This document shows positions 49,268 through 63,514 of a stretch of 64,000 nt of DNA, piece after piece; within the stretch, counting starts at the first letter, position 1; the number at the start of each line of letters is the position of its first letter. The notes under the pieces were generated by a model. The model did no database searches and was not told where the DNA came from. It worked only from the letters and a program-made list of their open reading frames with translations. The DNA comes from Octopus sinensis (taxonomy: Eukaryota), in assembly GCF_006345805.1 (NCBI RefSeq), contig NC_042997.1, positions 106,454,001-106,518,000 on the forward strand, in the 5' to 3' direction. Made by a program: the position numbers and the translations under genes.

Positions 49268-49489
49268 CACTGATGAATTCGAGGGTTTCGCTTATTTGCG
49301 AGTTGATATCTTAATTTCACAGGAGTATGAATATGGTGATATTTAAAAAAAACGAATTAATTCAGTTCAATTAAAAAGTATGGGTAAGCAACGCATTGTC
49401 AACCACACCATAATTTGTGAAACAATTTATCTGCGCGCAAGATATGCGTCGCCCCTCCAATGCCTTTTGTTTTTTGTCACTGAATTTAT

Positions 49490-49898
49490 ATTAGCTTAAT
49501 TCATATCAATATACAGCATGGTTATTGTTAATATACAACATCTGTAGTAATTAATTAAAATAGCTAATTTGTTTTAGTTCATAAAGTAGCATAGCTTGTA
49601 CACTTTAATAAGATACCCACATCTGTCTTTTCACTCTTAAAGTAATCTTTATCAATTCTGGTGCAAATTAACTTTCATATGCATACCAATATCTTAACAG
49701 TATCATAAATAACAATACTAAAGTTCAAAATAATTTAATACCTACCTTTTTAAATTATAAACATTTTTCTTGATGACTGTAAATTGCACTTATTGCAAAT
49801 TTAAATACATCAATCTTCTAGCTGTATAGAATGTTTTAGAATGTCCCAGAATATTTCTTGAGCAATCTTATTTTCTTTTGGAAATTCAATGTACCTCT
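49490..49898 (-). pseudogene. TLR-C remnant: last ~28 codons of a TLR-A-like terminal exon (49810-49898) plus homologous 3' UTR
   Basis: YIEFPKENKIAQEIFWDILKHSIQLED* versus TLR-A YIEFPKENEIAQEMFWKNLKHSIQLKD*. About 300 bp of 3' UTR aligns to 11194-11520. Confidence 0.88.
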
Positions 49899-51757
49899 TG
49901 AAAAGGATGGCACACTCATAGGAAATCCAATGAGGGTAAGTGAAATACTGAATGAGCAATTCAAGAGTGTTTTCACTCCACCCCTTGGGCATTTCCAAAT
50001 CACCAATCCAACTGACTTCTTTACCACTGCAGATATAAAATCAGAGGCAGCGATGATTGATTACATCAATATAAAGGAAGACGATGTAATAAAGGCTATA
50101 GATGAAATGAAAACAAACTCAGCTACTGGCCTCGATGGATTCCCGGCAATCCTCCTAAAAGTATGTAAGAGAGTCCTAGCAAGACCACTGCAGTTCCTCT
50201 TTCAGAGCTTCATTGCAACTGGCAAACTTCCAAGAAAACTGAAGGAAGGTAAAATATGTCCTATTCATAAAGGAGGTAGCAGAGCGGAGGCCAAGAACTA
50301 CAGACCTATCTCTCTGACCTCACACATCAGCAAGGTCATGGAACGAATAGTCAGAAGGAAACTGATCACCTTCCTTGAAGAAAATGACTTGCTGCCTGAC
50401 ACCCAACATGGTTTCCGACCAGGAAGAAGGTGCTTAACTCAGCTCCTACAACACTATGACTGGGTGCTGAAACGACTGCTCAACCACTCAAATGTGGAAG
50501 TGATATATCTCGACTTTGCAAAGGCCTTTGATAAAGTCGATCATGGAATGATATGTCACAAACTGCGTGATCTTAGCATAGTTGGAAAACTGGGAGAATG
50601 GCTTCATGACTTTCTGAAGGATAGAAGTCAGGTGGTAGTAGCCAATGGGGCCACTTCCATTAACACGCAAATAGTAAGCGGTGTTCCGCAGGGCACTGTT
50701 TTGGGACCACTACTGTTCATAATGGACCTCTCAGACATGCCCTCAGCCACGCAGAGAGCCACGATCACAAGTTATGCAGATGATACAAAAGTTTCACAGG
50801 CAATACAGAACCCTGAAGACACTAAATGCCTGCAATGTGAGCTGAACAAAATATACAAGTGGGCTGAAAAGAATAACATGCAGTTCAATGCTGAAAAGTT
50901 TCAAGCTTTATGCTATCAGCATGCAAAACTAAATGCAATACCCAATGAATACACTGGACCTGGAGGAATTGCAATCCCAGAGGCACAATCAGTGCGTGAC
51001 CTGGGTATTTACATGAGTGATGACGCAACCTTTCGTGTACATGTTGCTAAATTGGCAATGAAATGTAGACGACTGGCCGGATGGATTCTTAGAACCTTTA
51101 GAACAAGAGAACAAGAAACCATGATGGTCCTCTGGAGGACACTTGTCCTAAGCCACTTTGACTATTGCTCTCAGCTATGGTCACCATCCAGTGTCAAGTT
51201 GATCACAGAACTTGAAGCGATTCAACGTAGCTACACGAAGAAGATAGCCTCTGTGCAGCATATAAGCTACTGGGAAAGACTCAAGAGATTAAAACTCTAT
51301 TCCTTGGAGCATAGGCGAGAAAGATATGCCATAATATACACCTGGAAGATCCTGGAAGGACTCGTCCCAAACTTTGGCATCGAGAGTTACACAAATGCCA
51401 GAACTGGGCGCCACTGCGTGGTGCCAAGGACTCCAAATTTGCCATCAAGATGTAGGACAAGATACTGTGATAGCCTGGGCTTCCGAGGCCCACAGCTCTT
51501 CAATATCCTCCGGAAGAACCTAAGAGACCTGCATGGGGTGGATGCAGATGTCTTTAAAATGAAACTGGATCTCTTCTTGTCAGATATCCCAGATGAACCA
51601 ACTTCACGGCAGGAGGTACAGATGAGGGCAGCTGCATCGAACTCTCTCATGCACCAAATGGCAGTTGCTAAAAAGCATTCGTGAAGTAAAACCATGTAGC
51701 AACACCAGATGGCGGTGCCCTAGCATGGCCACAGCTCGTGAGCTGAATCTAGATAAA

Positions 51758-51760
<3 letters not shown>
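49894..51760 (+). mobile_element. CR1/Jockey-group LINE, 5'-truncated, RT frame open to 51684
   Basis: NYRPISLTS, QHGFRPGR, YLDFAKAFDKV, GVPQGTVLGPLLF and YADDTK; no stops over ~595 codons. Confidence 0.92.
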
Positions 51761-51824
<64 letters not shown>

Positions 51825-51827
<3 letters not shown>

Positions 51828-51968
51828 CTCTTTACTCTCTTTTACTTGTTTCAGTCATTTTACTGTGGCCATGCTGGAGCACCGCCTTTAGTCGAGCAAA
51901 TCGACCCCGGGACTTATTCTTTGTAAGCCCAGTACTTATTCTATCGGTCTCTTTTGCCGAACCGCTAC
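51825..51968 (-). mobile_element. SINE family B 3' part
   Basis: Matches 1075-1220. Confidence 0.75.
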
Positions 51969-52387
51969 AGTTGAATAAAGTTACACGTTCTTTTATTATT
52001 GCATTGAAAAAACATTTTGTCAATACTAAAGTGTATTAAGCATAAAAAAATATTTAATAATGTTCATAAAGTTCAATTTCCGCTTCCATACGTTGGTAAT
52101 AATCATCAGATTTCAAAATGTATTGACTAATAGCTGAGTTGAGTGCTTGACAATCGTAGCAAAATGACTGACTTCTTCCTATTTATACCTTTTAGAAGAC
52201 TTCGACTAGATGAACTTTTCGAATACGTTTTTGACCAATTAGCATATTGCTTAAACGTCACGGTTTGCCGGGTGCACCGATATTACTGGCATAGATCCCG
52301 CCTTTATTTTAACTAATTAGCTTATTATGGTTTATATGTAACGGTTTTATGAGTGAGCAAACTTGGTTGGAAACTTGTGGGAAAAAT

Positions 52388-52409
52388 ATGGGAAAAACAA
52401 GATTAAAAA

Positions 52410-52463
<54 letters not shown>

Positions 52464-52511
52464 TGGTAGTGGTGGTGGTGGTGGTGGTGGTGGTACTTGT
52501 GGTAGTGGTAA

Positions 52512-52554
<43 letters not shown>

Positions 52555-52555
52555 G

Positions 52556-52595
<40 letters not shown>

Positions 52596-52620
52596 CAGCA
52601 GCAACAGTAGCGCTAGTAGA
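52388..52620. repeat. Compound (AGT)n/(GGT)n microsatellite
   Basis: Read directly; source of the poly-V, poly-S and poly-L ORFs. Confidence 0.95.
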
Positions 52621-52739
52621 CGAAGTAGAAGAAAAAGGAAGCGAAGAAAAAAGTAGTGAAAGACGACATGAGGAGAAGGAAGAAGGAAAATGAAGAGGGG
52701 GATATTATTATTACTACTAATACTAATAAAAATAATCTT

Positions 52740-53100
52740 TTCTACTGCAATTGTTTCGGTGGCACTACTCGATTACATCGCCCACAGTGCTCAACTACCA
52801 CAGTGTTCAAATGGTACTCATTTTATCGCTCCCGACATGATGAAAGGCAAAATCTACTCCGGCTGAATTTGAACTGAGAACGTAAAGCTGGAAGAAATAC
52901 TATAATGTATTTTGTCCAATGTGCTAACGATTCTGCCAACTCGCTGACTTTATCGTACTAATCCTTTCTTTCTACTACTAGAACAAAATCATAAATTTGG
53001 TGGTAGTCGATTGCAGCGACCACAAAACTCAACTGATGCTTTTTTTTTTTTCATCAACCCTGAAAAGATAAAAGGCAAAGTTGACCTCAGTGGAACTTGA
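52740..53100 (-). mobile_element. Two diverged SINE family A copies
   Basis: gatgaaaggcaaa...gaatttgaactgagaacgta...gctaacgattctgcca. Confidence 0.65.
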
Positions 53101-53139
53101 AAATTAGAAGAAGATGATGATGATGATAGTAATAATACG

Positions 53140-54225
53140 ATACAACACACAATGAAAGAGAAGATAAGAAAGGAATACTGTAGACTAGTTAGATTAATAC
53201 AGCTTCGTGCGAAAAACAAGATTAGTTATCAACACTGTAGCCGTCCCAGTTATAAGTTACTACTGCAATATTCTTAACTGGACTCTAAATGAACTAATCA
53301 AAACGGATAGGAAAACAAGAAAAATAATGACAAGATTTAAGATGCATCACGCAAAATCTAACATAGAAAGGCTATATATACAACGTATCATGGTAGAACG
53401 ATGTCAAGAAAAGCCCCTACATGGCAAATATTGGGTTAAGCTAAATAGAAAAGAAATAGACAAAGCAAAATCCTCGAGAAGCTCATGGCTCAAATCAGAG
53501 ACTGAAGGATTTTTAATTGCAGCACAAAATCAAAGCTTTCCTACCAGAAATCACCAAAAGCATGTAACGAAAAGAAATACAGGTAGCTGCAGAATATGTG
53601 GTGATAGAGAAGAAACAATAAATCATATCGTCTCTGGCTGCCCAGTCCTGGCTAATATATTCTCAGACACGACTGAGTTAGGACCTATATACACTGGAAG
53701 ATATGCCAACACTATGGAATAACAATAGGAAAAAATAAACATACTCCAGAAAATGTCACAGAAAATGCGAAAGCAACCATACTATGGGATATGCCAACAT
53801 ACACAGATAGAGAAATTAAGGCCAATAGGCCAGATATAGTTATCAGAGATCACCAAGAGAAAAGATGCTTTCTAATTGATGTATCAATGCCAACAGATGA
53901 CTGGTTTCTCTAAAAGAAACGGAGAAATACAAAGATCTGGAAATAGAAGTAACTCGAATGTGGAATCTAAAAACAGAAACGATTCCTATTATAGAAGGTG
54001 TATTAGGTATGATTAAAAAAAAACATTTAGACAAATAGAAACACCAGGACTTACAAGTATACATAACATACAGAAAATAGCACTACTAGGCACCGCACAC
54101 ATCCTACGTAAAACACTTTCAATACAATGAAAATAAGAGCCTCACAAAAAGACCACGGCACATGCCCAAGGCACACAGAGCTGCGCTCGGTAATGCAGTG
54201 AAAGCACTGATAAAAATAGGACTAC
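53140..54225 (+). mobile_element. RLE-type LINE, internally deleted; same family as 20722-22592
   Basis: INTVAVPVISY, LHGKYW, ETEGFLIAAQ, CRICG...HIVSGC and RPDIVI. Ends at (AAT)n. Confidence 0.85.
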
Positions 54226-54424
54226 TGAATAATAATGATAATAATAATAATAATTATTATTATTGTTATTATTATTATTATTTATGGGTTTTTCTTCTTC
54301 TTTCAAATTTGCTTCCATTTCTTGCCGAGTGTCTTCCCGACTCCTAGCGCAAAGAAACTCATAGTATACATTGGTAGGCCATTAAACTAAACTTACTAGT
54401 TCGTTTTTTTTTGTTTTTTTTATA

Positions 54425-54745
54425 GAAATAAAGTTAAATTAAAATACATGGGTAGTAATAGTTCTCACATCGACAATGCTCTTCTCAATACGTGTGATGT
54501 ACCAGTTAAGACAATCTTTTGCACTTCTTGCAGGGATGGTAAGCCAGGGATCATTCTCATATAATTTTCGGTTCCCTTCTTGATCATTCTTAGTGCTCCT
54601 ACGATCACTGGTATTGTAACCGCCTTGAGATGCCATATTTTCTCAATTTCAATGAGCAGGTCTTTATATTTTCTGAGCTTGTCAAATTCTTTCGCCGAGA
54701 TATTATGATCACAGGGGATGCTCATGTCGATCAATAAGCAAACTT
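54425..54745 (-). mobile_element. RLE-type LINE 3' end
   Basis: LIDMSIPCDHNISAKEFDKLRKYKDL...IPVIVGAL; the 5' side abuts (ATT)n. Confidence 0.82.
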
Positions 54746-54757
54746 ATTATTATTATA

Positions 54758-54790
<33 letters not shown>

Positions 54791-55624
54791 TAGTCTGTTT
54801 AATAATAACAATAGCACTCAGAGAGCGCAAACTTCCACCAAGGCAACACCACCGTCCTCTCAACGATTAGCCGATGTTTTTTAAAATGAGAATATCTGAA
54901 ATAAACTCGACAGCTCTCACAAACGTTCGTTACTGGTTTACCATTATGTTTACCAATATGTTTGCAAATTGTTTTTGTTACGTGTTATTCTATGTCCTGA
55001 AAACCTTTATTTTATTAAATGTTGCTTACTGCAAGTTATGGATGATTCTTTTATGACTTCATTGCTTTCAGGCTTAGCTTAGGGTATTTTCGCGTCCGAC
55101 ATCACAAAATGCGTCTGAATAAATATTGTCGAACAGCAAATAGAAACTCGGACATTGCTGAGAAAATATTTTTCATTTTTAACTTCATATATAGTACGCA
55201 CTAAGGATTTTGACCTTTAAATTTTGGGGGAAATGCGGATTATATTCGAGGATTTACGGTAGTTTCATATAAACTTCTTTTAAAATTCCTCTTTCGTTTT
55301 TCACGCATTAACTTGTGTAGGTTGAACTGTGTAAAACGTTACAGAAAAAAATTAGCTGTTTATTGCAATACATACCAATACGTGCGTCTAAAGCAAACTT
55401 TTTTGTGGATACGCAATTTACCATTTTGCTGCGTAGAGCCCAACAAAAAATCATATATGGACCTTCAGGGCCACATGAATCCCGGTTGAGAACCACTGCT
55501 TTAAACCATTGGCCGACAGAGTATAACTTTGCATTTTTTATTCAGTTTATTTGTTACTGCCAACGCTTACGGACTAGATGAAATCGTCAAGCTGTAATAA
55601 AATTGTCAAGCTGTAATAAAAGTG

Positions 55625-56040
55625 AAGGGCAAGTGTCTTCTACTATAGCCTCGGGCCGACCAAAGCCTTGTGAGTGGATTTGGTAGATGGAAACTGAAAG
55701 AAGCCCGTCGTATATAAGTATATGTATTTATATATAGTACGTTTATATATTTGTTGTGCAAGATTTTTTATGTGAAGTCGTGTGTTGAAACAGATATTGT
55801 TATATATATATATATATGCGTGTGTGTGTTTGTGTGTCTGTGTTTGTCCCCCTAGCATTGCTTGACAACCGATGCTGGTGTGTTTATGTCCCCGTTACTT
55901 AGCGGTTCGGCAAAAGAGACCGACAAAATAAGTACTGGGCTTACAAAAGAATAAGTCCCGGGGTCGAGTTGCTCGATTAAAGGCGGTGCTCAAGCTTGGC
56001 CACGGTCAGATGACTGAAACAAGTAAAACAGTAAAGAGAG
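55625..56040 (+). mobile_element. SINE family B
   Basis: gggcaagtgtcttctactatag...gcttgacaaccgatgctgg...gactgaaacaagtaaaa. Confidence 0.8.
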
Positions 56041-56274
56041 ATAGTACAGAGGGAGTTGTAACAGTTACATTTGTTTAGAGTGAAGGTTTGAGGTGTAAGA
56101 GGAGAAGCGCCTGCTATGAAGAAACTAAACTTACCCGGCTGGTCACTGGCAACCGCAACGCTTAATCAAGAATACTAGAGAAATCCTTGTACTCTCCAGT
56201 TGACAACTGATAAGGTGAAGGCTGTTGTGCACATGCTATATTAAATAACACGCACGCGCGCACACACACACACA

Positions 56275-57234
56275 CGTTTTTGTTACGTGTTATTCTATGT
56301 TCCGACCCAGATCTGGTCGCCCCCTTCTGCCGTTGATGAGACGTCTGTCCGTCAAGTTAAGGCTGCCATTTTGGAAGGTCAACGCATAACCATTCGCCAA
56401 ATAGCCCATAAGGTCAAGATTAGTACCGGGTCTGTGGAAACTATCATTCATGACCATTTGCATATGCAAAAGCTGTCTGCCAGATGGATTTCCAGGTTGC
56501 TCACACCTTTCCAGAAGCAAGAACGCGTTGAGTGCTCGAGGATGAATTTGGAGATGTGCCAAGAAGATGAGTCAAAATTTTTCAAAAGACTGATCACACA
56601 GGATAAAACCTGGGTCCATCACTATGATCCATAGACCAAAGCCCAGTCAATGCAGTAAAAGCACCGTGACTCACCTCCTCCAAAGAAGGCAAGGGTGCAG
56701 CCCTCCGCTGACAAGGTTATGCTCACAGTCTTCTGGGACCAGGATGGAGTAGTGATGACAGATTTCCTGGCAAACGGTACCACAATTACAGGAGCCTATT
56801 ATGCTTCACTTTTGAGGAAATTAAGAGAAGCTATCAAAATCAAGAGGCGGGGCAAGATCAGCAAAGGCATCCTCCTCCTGCAGGACAACGCTCCGGTCCA
56901 CAACTCGCGTGTCGCCAGATCAGAAGCACAGGCGTGCAGCTATGAACTCATTCCCTTGCACCCTCTGATTTTCACCTCTTCCTAGCCATGAAGTTGATTT
57001 TGAAAGGAAAGCGTTTCCCAGATGATGCAGCCTTGATTTCTGAAGTTACGTCGTGGTTGGAGGACCAAGCTGGGGTCTTCTACAAAAACGGTCTCCAGAG
57101 CTGTATCAAACGATGGGAGAAATGCATAACTCTGGGTAGTTCCTATGTAGGAAAAGACTAATAACTGTGCCAAGTGTCGTTGCTCTACTGCTATGGGAAG
57201 TGGGTCAGGGGCATTACTTATTGAACGCCCCTCG
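56275..57234 (+). mobile_element. Mariner transposase pseudogene with 3' TIR
   Basis: ITQDKTWVHHYDP, KVMLTVFWD, LLQDNAPVH and RWEKCI; terminus ttacttattgaacgcccctcg|TA. Confidence 0.9.
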
Positions 57235-57648
57235 TATATATATATATATATTGGGAAACAGGATGGACCTTCCTTGTATCATAAGTTCCGGTTCGTGTTA
57301 TTGAAAACACTTTATCTTGAGTAGGATGTTTTTAAATGATTAAACAATGACATTGTCTGATATTTATCTTTCATTTTTTTTTTTTTTGTGTGGTTTCTGG
57401 TTACACTTCATGTCTAACATGTTCGCAGAAGTCGACTATTAACTGTATTTAAGTGTATTCAACTATGTATTATAAATATCATGTTTCGCAAACAACACAA
57501 AAAATAAAAATTAAAACAGAAAGATATATATAAATGCAAATCATTACACCCTATATGCAAATGAATTCAGATTAGTTTTATGCGTGTTTGCGCGCGCACG
57601 TGCGTATGAGAGTGTGTGAGTGTGAGGGAGGGAGAGAGAGAGAGAGAG

Positions 57649-57712
<64 letters not shown>

Positions 57713-57798
57713 CGCGTGCGTGCGTATGTGTGTGTGTGCAGAATGTATACGCATACATGTCCATCTATCAATTCGTTCATCCGATCGTCCGTTCTTAT

Positions 57799-57836
<38 letters not shown>

Positions 57837-58014
57837 ATATATATGGTGCGAAACTGCGTAATACCACCCGGTTGATAATTGATGAAGAACTAGGGATCTT
57901 CCGTGTCTGTCTTCCGTCCATTTGTGCACTGAATATATGCTGTACGCTTTTTACTTGTCATTTGTGTATTTACAATATACTTTTTCTTTTATATTTATAG
58001 AATGGAGTTGTAAG

Positions 58015-58680
<666 letters not shown>

Positions 58681-58683
58681 ACA

Positions 58684-58712
58684 CTAGCAGAAATATCCGT
58701 CGTTGACTGGGT
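58684..58712 (-). mobile_element. Helitron-like 3' terminus
   Basis: Minus strand acccagtcaacgacggatatttctgCTAG|t: a degenerate hairpin plus CTAG. Confidence 0.55.
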
Positions 58713-59319
58713 TCAGAAAGAGCCTTCAAAAACTATACCCTGATTTATGAAATATACTGCTTCGATATTATTGAATGTTTTGTAGCGGAATATCCGCAAG
58801 CTCTTATTGTTAGGCTTCTGCCCAAGAAGTTATAACATAGTCTAATATACTATTGAACCCAATACTCGTTTATCCTAATAAAAATATTGTTCCCAATCTT
58901 GTAGATGATAAATCTCAATCATTCTTATAAATCAAAAGAAAGGAATGCCAGTTTTTGTATAAAAGAGGTTCATCCAGATATAATCATGGTTGCATACAAA
59001 CTTCTTATTCTTTATCTCAATATTCTGATTTGTAAATTGAAGCAAACATCACATAGATTGCAATTTTTGCATATAGAATGCAAGTAACTAAAAGCTTGAG
59101 GAAAATTATAAAGACATACATATTGCAATGTTTATTCAAGAATCCCAACAATCACAAACAATTAAATATATATTATCATAGTAATGTAACATATATTATC
59201 ATAGTAATGTAAATCAAGTATGATGCTGGCATCATACTTGATTTGATAAGTATGATATTTAAAAACATACTTGATATATATATATAGAGAGAGAGGGGGG
59301 GAGAAAAATTGGATCCCGA

Positions 59320-60925
59320 ATGCTTCCATAGAACTAGTGGAGAAAACCAAGCAAGCTTGCAACAATGACTCTGATGACTACCGCCGCCTCAGAAGACTGA
59401 CCGCTCGCTCGCGCAGAAGGACCGGAATTTTTTCTGGTGCCCGATTTCTCTGGGCATGAAGCGAGCTGCTTCGGTCGACAATTCACGAAAGCTCTATCAG
59501 CTGTTTAATTCTGCAACTAAGTCCCATACATTGACCAGCCAAAGACCCTCAATAGGCAAGATGAAGTAGTCTCAGACCTTAACAGCCACCTAGATCGTTG
59601 GTACAAGCATTTTGCAACTTTGCTCAACCATGACACTGTACCTCCGGTAGAGCCGCTGACTGGTCAGTCCTCTGTGACACTGTATGATTGCCAAACGGAA
59701 GTACTGACCGTAGGAGAACTGCGTGTTGTGATGGCAAACATGAAAAACAACAAAGCTTCTAGTTTAGATGGCGTCCCAGCGGAGGTCTTCAAACACTTCC
59801 AGGAAGTTCTCATTCTGTGACTGCACCAAATCATCACACACATTTGGGACTCTAAATCACTTCTCCAAGATTGGAGAGATGCAGTTCTACTTTCATTCTT
59901 CAAGAAAGGAGACAGACACTGTTGCAGAAACTACAGAGTATCAACCTAATTGACATCGCAGCCAAGATATTTTCCTCGGTACTGTTATGCAGATTCCATC
60001 TTTAGGGAGACTGACGCACCTGTTTTAACCAGTCCAGGCTTCGTCCAGGCCGTGGCTGTACAGATCAGATCTTCACGCTGACTAGACGGCTGGAGCATTG
60101 ATGATGTTATCAACAACCGACAGTCATCTGCTTCGTCTATTTTGCGGCGGGATTTGACTTAGTTTAGCGTGATTTGTGGGAAGTAAAGGCTGCAGATGGT
60201 TTTCCACCAAAACGTCTGAACCCGCAGAAAGCCTACCATACAATCCGGGGCTTATGAACAAGAGTTACCATTTTTCGATGTTTGTTCCAAGGTCCACTCT
60301 GTTCAACTACAGCATTGACTGGATCACGAAACATGCGCTGGCAAATTTTCCTGACTACACTGAGGATATAGCGATCCTGGAGGACAACAATACTGACCTC
60401 CAAACTGCTATCAACAACATCAACTCCTGAGCTCTCAATATCGAAATGAGGATAAATGCATCCAAAACAAAAATTCTCGCGGCAGAAATCCCATCCTCAG
60501 AAAAGATACTAATAGTTCTCAATGGTGAAGTCCTTGAAGAAATCGACCACTTCAAACACCTAGGATTGACATTCACGACAACTGGACAAAGAAAGGACGA
60601 TATTGACCTATACATCAACAGCGCTTGTCTCACGTTCTGTCGTCTTCAGAGCCGCCTTTGGTCGCGACCGGAGGTCAGAATTCGCACGAAACTGGCTATT
60701 TTCCAACGCTCATTGGATCGTTCTTTTCTATGGGTGCGAATCCTGGCCACTGAGAGCTGAGGATCTCCGAAAACTCGACCTCTACTGCCTACGTAGAATT
60801 CTGCATGTTCGCCCATTGAACTTCATTTTGAATCCCGAAATACGACAACACTGCTGAATCAACTCTCTGCAACAGACTCCACTCACAAGACGTCTAGGGT
60901 GGCTTGGCCATACTCTCCCTCAACC
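59320..60925 (+). mobile_element. RTE-clade LINE RT region, decayed
   Basis: KASSLDGVPAE, RPGRGCTDQIF, RINASKTK and FYGCESW; many stops and frameshifts. Confidence 0.82.
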
Positions 60926-60929
60926 ATCG

Positions 60930-62340
60930 GGGAAATTCATATCTGATGAAGCAAAGTGAAATATATTCTTTTTCTGCTCTCGCATTTTAGCAAGAACATC
61001 AATGAAAAAGTTATGCGATTTGAGGAAAGAAACTTTGAATGCAGAATTGTAATAATACTTCGTGTGCAAGCAGCCATTGGGTTCATTTTCACTAAAATAT
61101 CTTGAGAGATTCTCAGTGTTGTGAGAAGTTTCTTTTAATAGGTATGTTGTTAAACTGTTGACTTCTGAAAGATTAGTATGAGCGAATGCATGCTCATTCA
61201 ATTCATTCATTCTCGTACAAACAACTTTGTTTTCAGATGATACTGTATTGTAGATTTCATCACTGTATTCCTGCCAAGACATGGCCACTGAATCTGGTAT
61301 TTTTAATCTTCTGCAAGATCATTTCTGCATCCTAGCCATATTAATTCTGGATCCCCTTGCGCTGTTAACACAGTTTGTCTTAGAGTTAGAGGTTGCTGAG
61401 CAGTAGTTTCTATAGTAAATTATATTCTTTGGTCATTCTTTAAATGAACAGCTAATGATAATACTGGAGTATATCTTTCGTGAATAGAGAAGTTAAATAT
61501 TCTCCATAAAGCTTTATTGCTGCAAATATACTGCCCCATGTGGATTTAAATGACTCCATTTTGAAATGTCTATAGTCGGAGAGTAAACATTGCAGCATCA
61601 GAACCATTGTTAACATATTTACATGTGTACTTGATTGACTTTACGGAATTACAATATCCCACATTTATGTGAACATTCAATATCTATCAAAAGATATTAC
61701 ATGCTGACCAATTTTTTTTATCTTCAAACCGCCATCTTCCGGTGCTGACCTATTCTATGATGGATATCCACCGTCATCTGCTTGCGGTTTTTGATGAAAA
61801 TTTTGGAATAATGATTCATACACTTGTTTTTCATGCCCGGAACAATTGAGATGAGACAAACTCAAGGATCGTGATTCATGACCGACATTACACTTTAGTG
61901 AAGTGCTTTGTCTTTTATGAGGTGTAAGATTTCTGCTGATATTATGGAATCAATCTCATTATTGTGAAATTCATGCAAAAGCCGGATACAAGTGTGAATC
62001 AACCTTCTCTTTTGTCACTCAGTGGTGTACATGTAGGAACGTAATGATTGAAATATGAGATTTTGTTGTATGATCTATCAATTTGGAAACTTTGTGATGA
62101 AAACTTCTTGCAATTATGTCGTATTTCTCGATGCATATGTGCTTGACATTCCATTTATCATTACAAGAGTGATGAAAAGATCCATAATTACGTAGGTAAG
62201 TCATGTCATCCTGACTTAATTACATGAATATATCGTGAGCTTCCAGTTAAACTGAATGGGAGAATACATAGCTTAGAACAACCTAATAATTCCTTAACCC
62301 TCTTTCTTGCACCTTCATTCTCACATGCTTTGTGCATAGG
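60930..62340 (-). mobile_element. Helitron Rep-helicase fragment, decayed
   Basis: DIIARSFHHKVSKLI and QYICSNKALWRIFNFSIHER...LAVHLKNDQRI resemble Helitron Rep-region motifs. The lower boundary is uncertain. Confidence 0.7.
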
Positions 62341-62344
62341 ACCG

Positions 62345-62950
62345 AGGCGTGGAATTTTTTCAGAAGCATTATCATAATTGAGACGAGGGACTTTTTTGGG
62401 CCAGGATCTATGGATAATTTCCAGAAATCCTTGGCTTGACAGTGCTGCCAGGATTGGAGATAAACTCTACAGGCGTGGAAGTACCGTCAACCGGGCTAGC
62501 CAGAGAGGCGCACAGGGCGACGAAACTTCTGCACACTCGTCCATGGCTTGGGTATGGTTGACTTGTGGGTTTATGTCGAACACCTACTGTCACATGTAGG
62601 ATGGATCTAGCTCTCGGATGAGTCCACTACGAAGTTCGTACCGCCACCTTCCTTTGGCCGGGAAGAGAAGACAGTGTTTCTTTTGCTGGTAATCTTAGTG
62701 AAAGAGGGTAGCGTGAGAAGTACTGCATCCCAGCAATTTTGTTAAAAGTGAGGTAAATGTTGCAAGAATGGTCCTAGTGAACGGGATTACTCTAAGTATA
62801 CGCCTGTCGGTTGAAGGAGAAAGATGTGAAGAAGACACTTGCCCAAGTGGTTAGGGCGACCGTGCTTTTGTGGGGTTTCCTCGAGCAACCCTAGGAAATC
62901 TCCGTCTTTCGAGTAATTATTAATCATAATTTTTTTATTGTTGCGGTTTT
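62345..62950 (-). mobile_element. Possible LINE ORF1-like fragment
   Basis: GC-richer block; VFDINPQVNH weakly resembles the ORF1-like element at 23.6 kb. Confidence 0.3.
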
Positions 62951-63103
62951 TTAATTTTTACATGGTTTTTATGTAACCCACATTGCATTGTCCTGTACCG
63001 TCCCCAATGTTTTTGTAAAAATTTAGTAGTCAATAAAGAAAACATTATTATTATCCTTAGTAGTAGTAGTACCAGCAGAAGTACTACTACTAGTAGTAGC
63101 AGT

Positions 63104-63490
63104 AAGGCGGCGAGCTGGCAGAAACGTTAGCACGCCGGGCGAAATGCGTAGCCGTATTTCGTCTGCCGTTACGTTCTGAGTTCAAATTCCGCCGAGGTCG
63201 ACTTTGCCTTTCATCCTTTCGGGGTCGATTAAATAAGTACCAGTTACGCACTTCGACTTAATCCGTTTGTCTGTCCTTGTTTGTTCTCTCTGTGTTTAGC
63301 CCCTTGTGGGTAGTAAAGAAATAGGTATTTCGTCTGCTGCTACGTTCTGAGTTCAAATTCCACCGAGGTCGACTTTGCCTTTCATCCTTTCGGGGCCAAT
63401 AAATTAAGTACCAGTTGCGTACTGAGGTCGATCTACTCGACTGGGCACCCTCCCCCAAAATTTCGGGCCTTGTGCATAGAGTAGAAAAGA
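63104..63490 (+). mobile_element. SINE family A, dimeric form
   Basis: Full head plus a second partial unit restarting at gtatttcgtctgc. Confidence 0.82.
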
Positions 63491-63514
63491 TTATGATTAT
63501 TATTATTATTATTA

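Noticed and set aside
49858-49893. N-terminus of the 608-aa ORF as part of the LINE protein
   Set aside because: These codons are the antisense of the TLR-C remnant; LINE sequence starts at about 49894.
60920-61288. 122-aa minus-strand ORF as a host gene
   Set aside because: No recognisable domain or splice support; it lies between decayed Helitron and RTE sequence.
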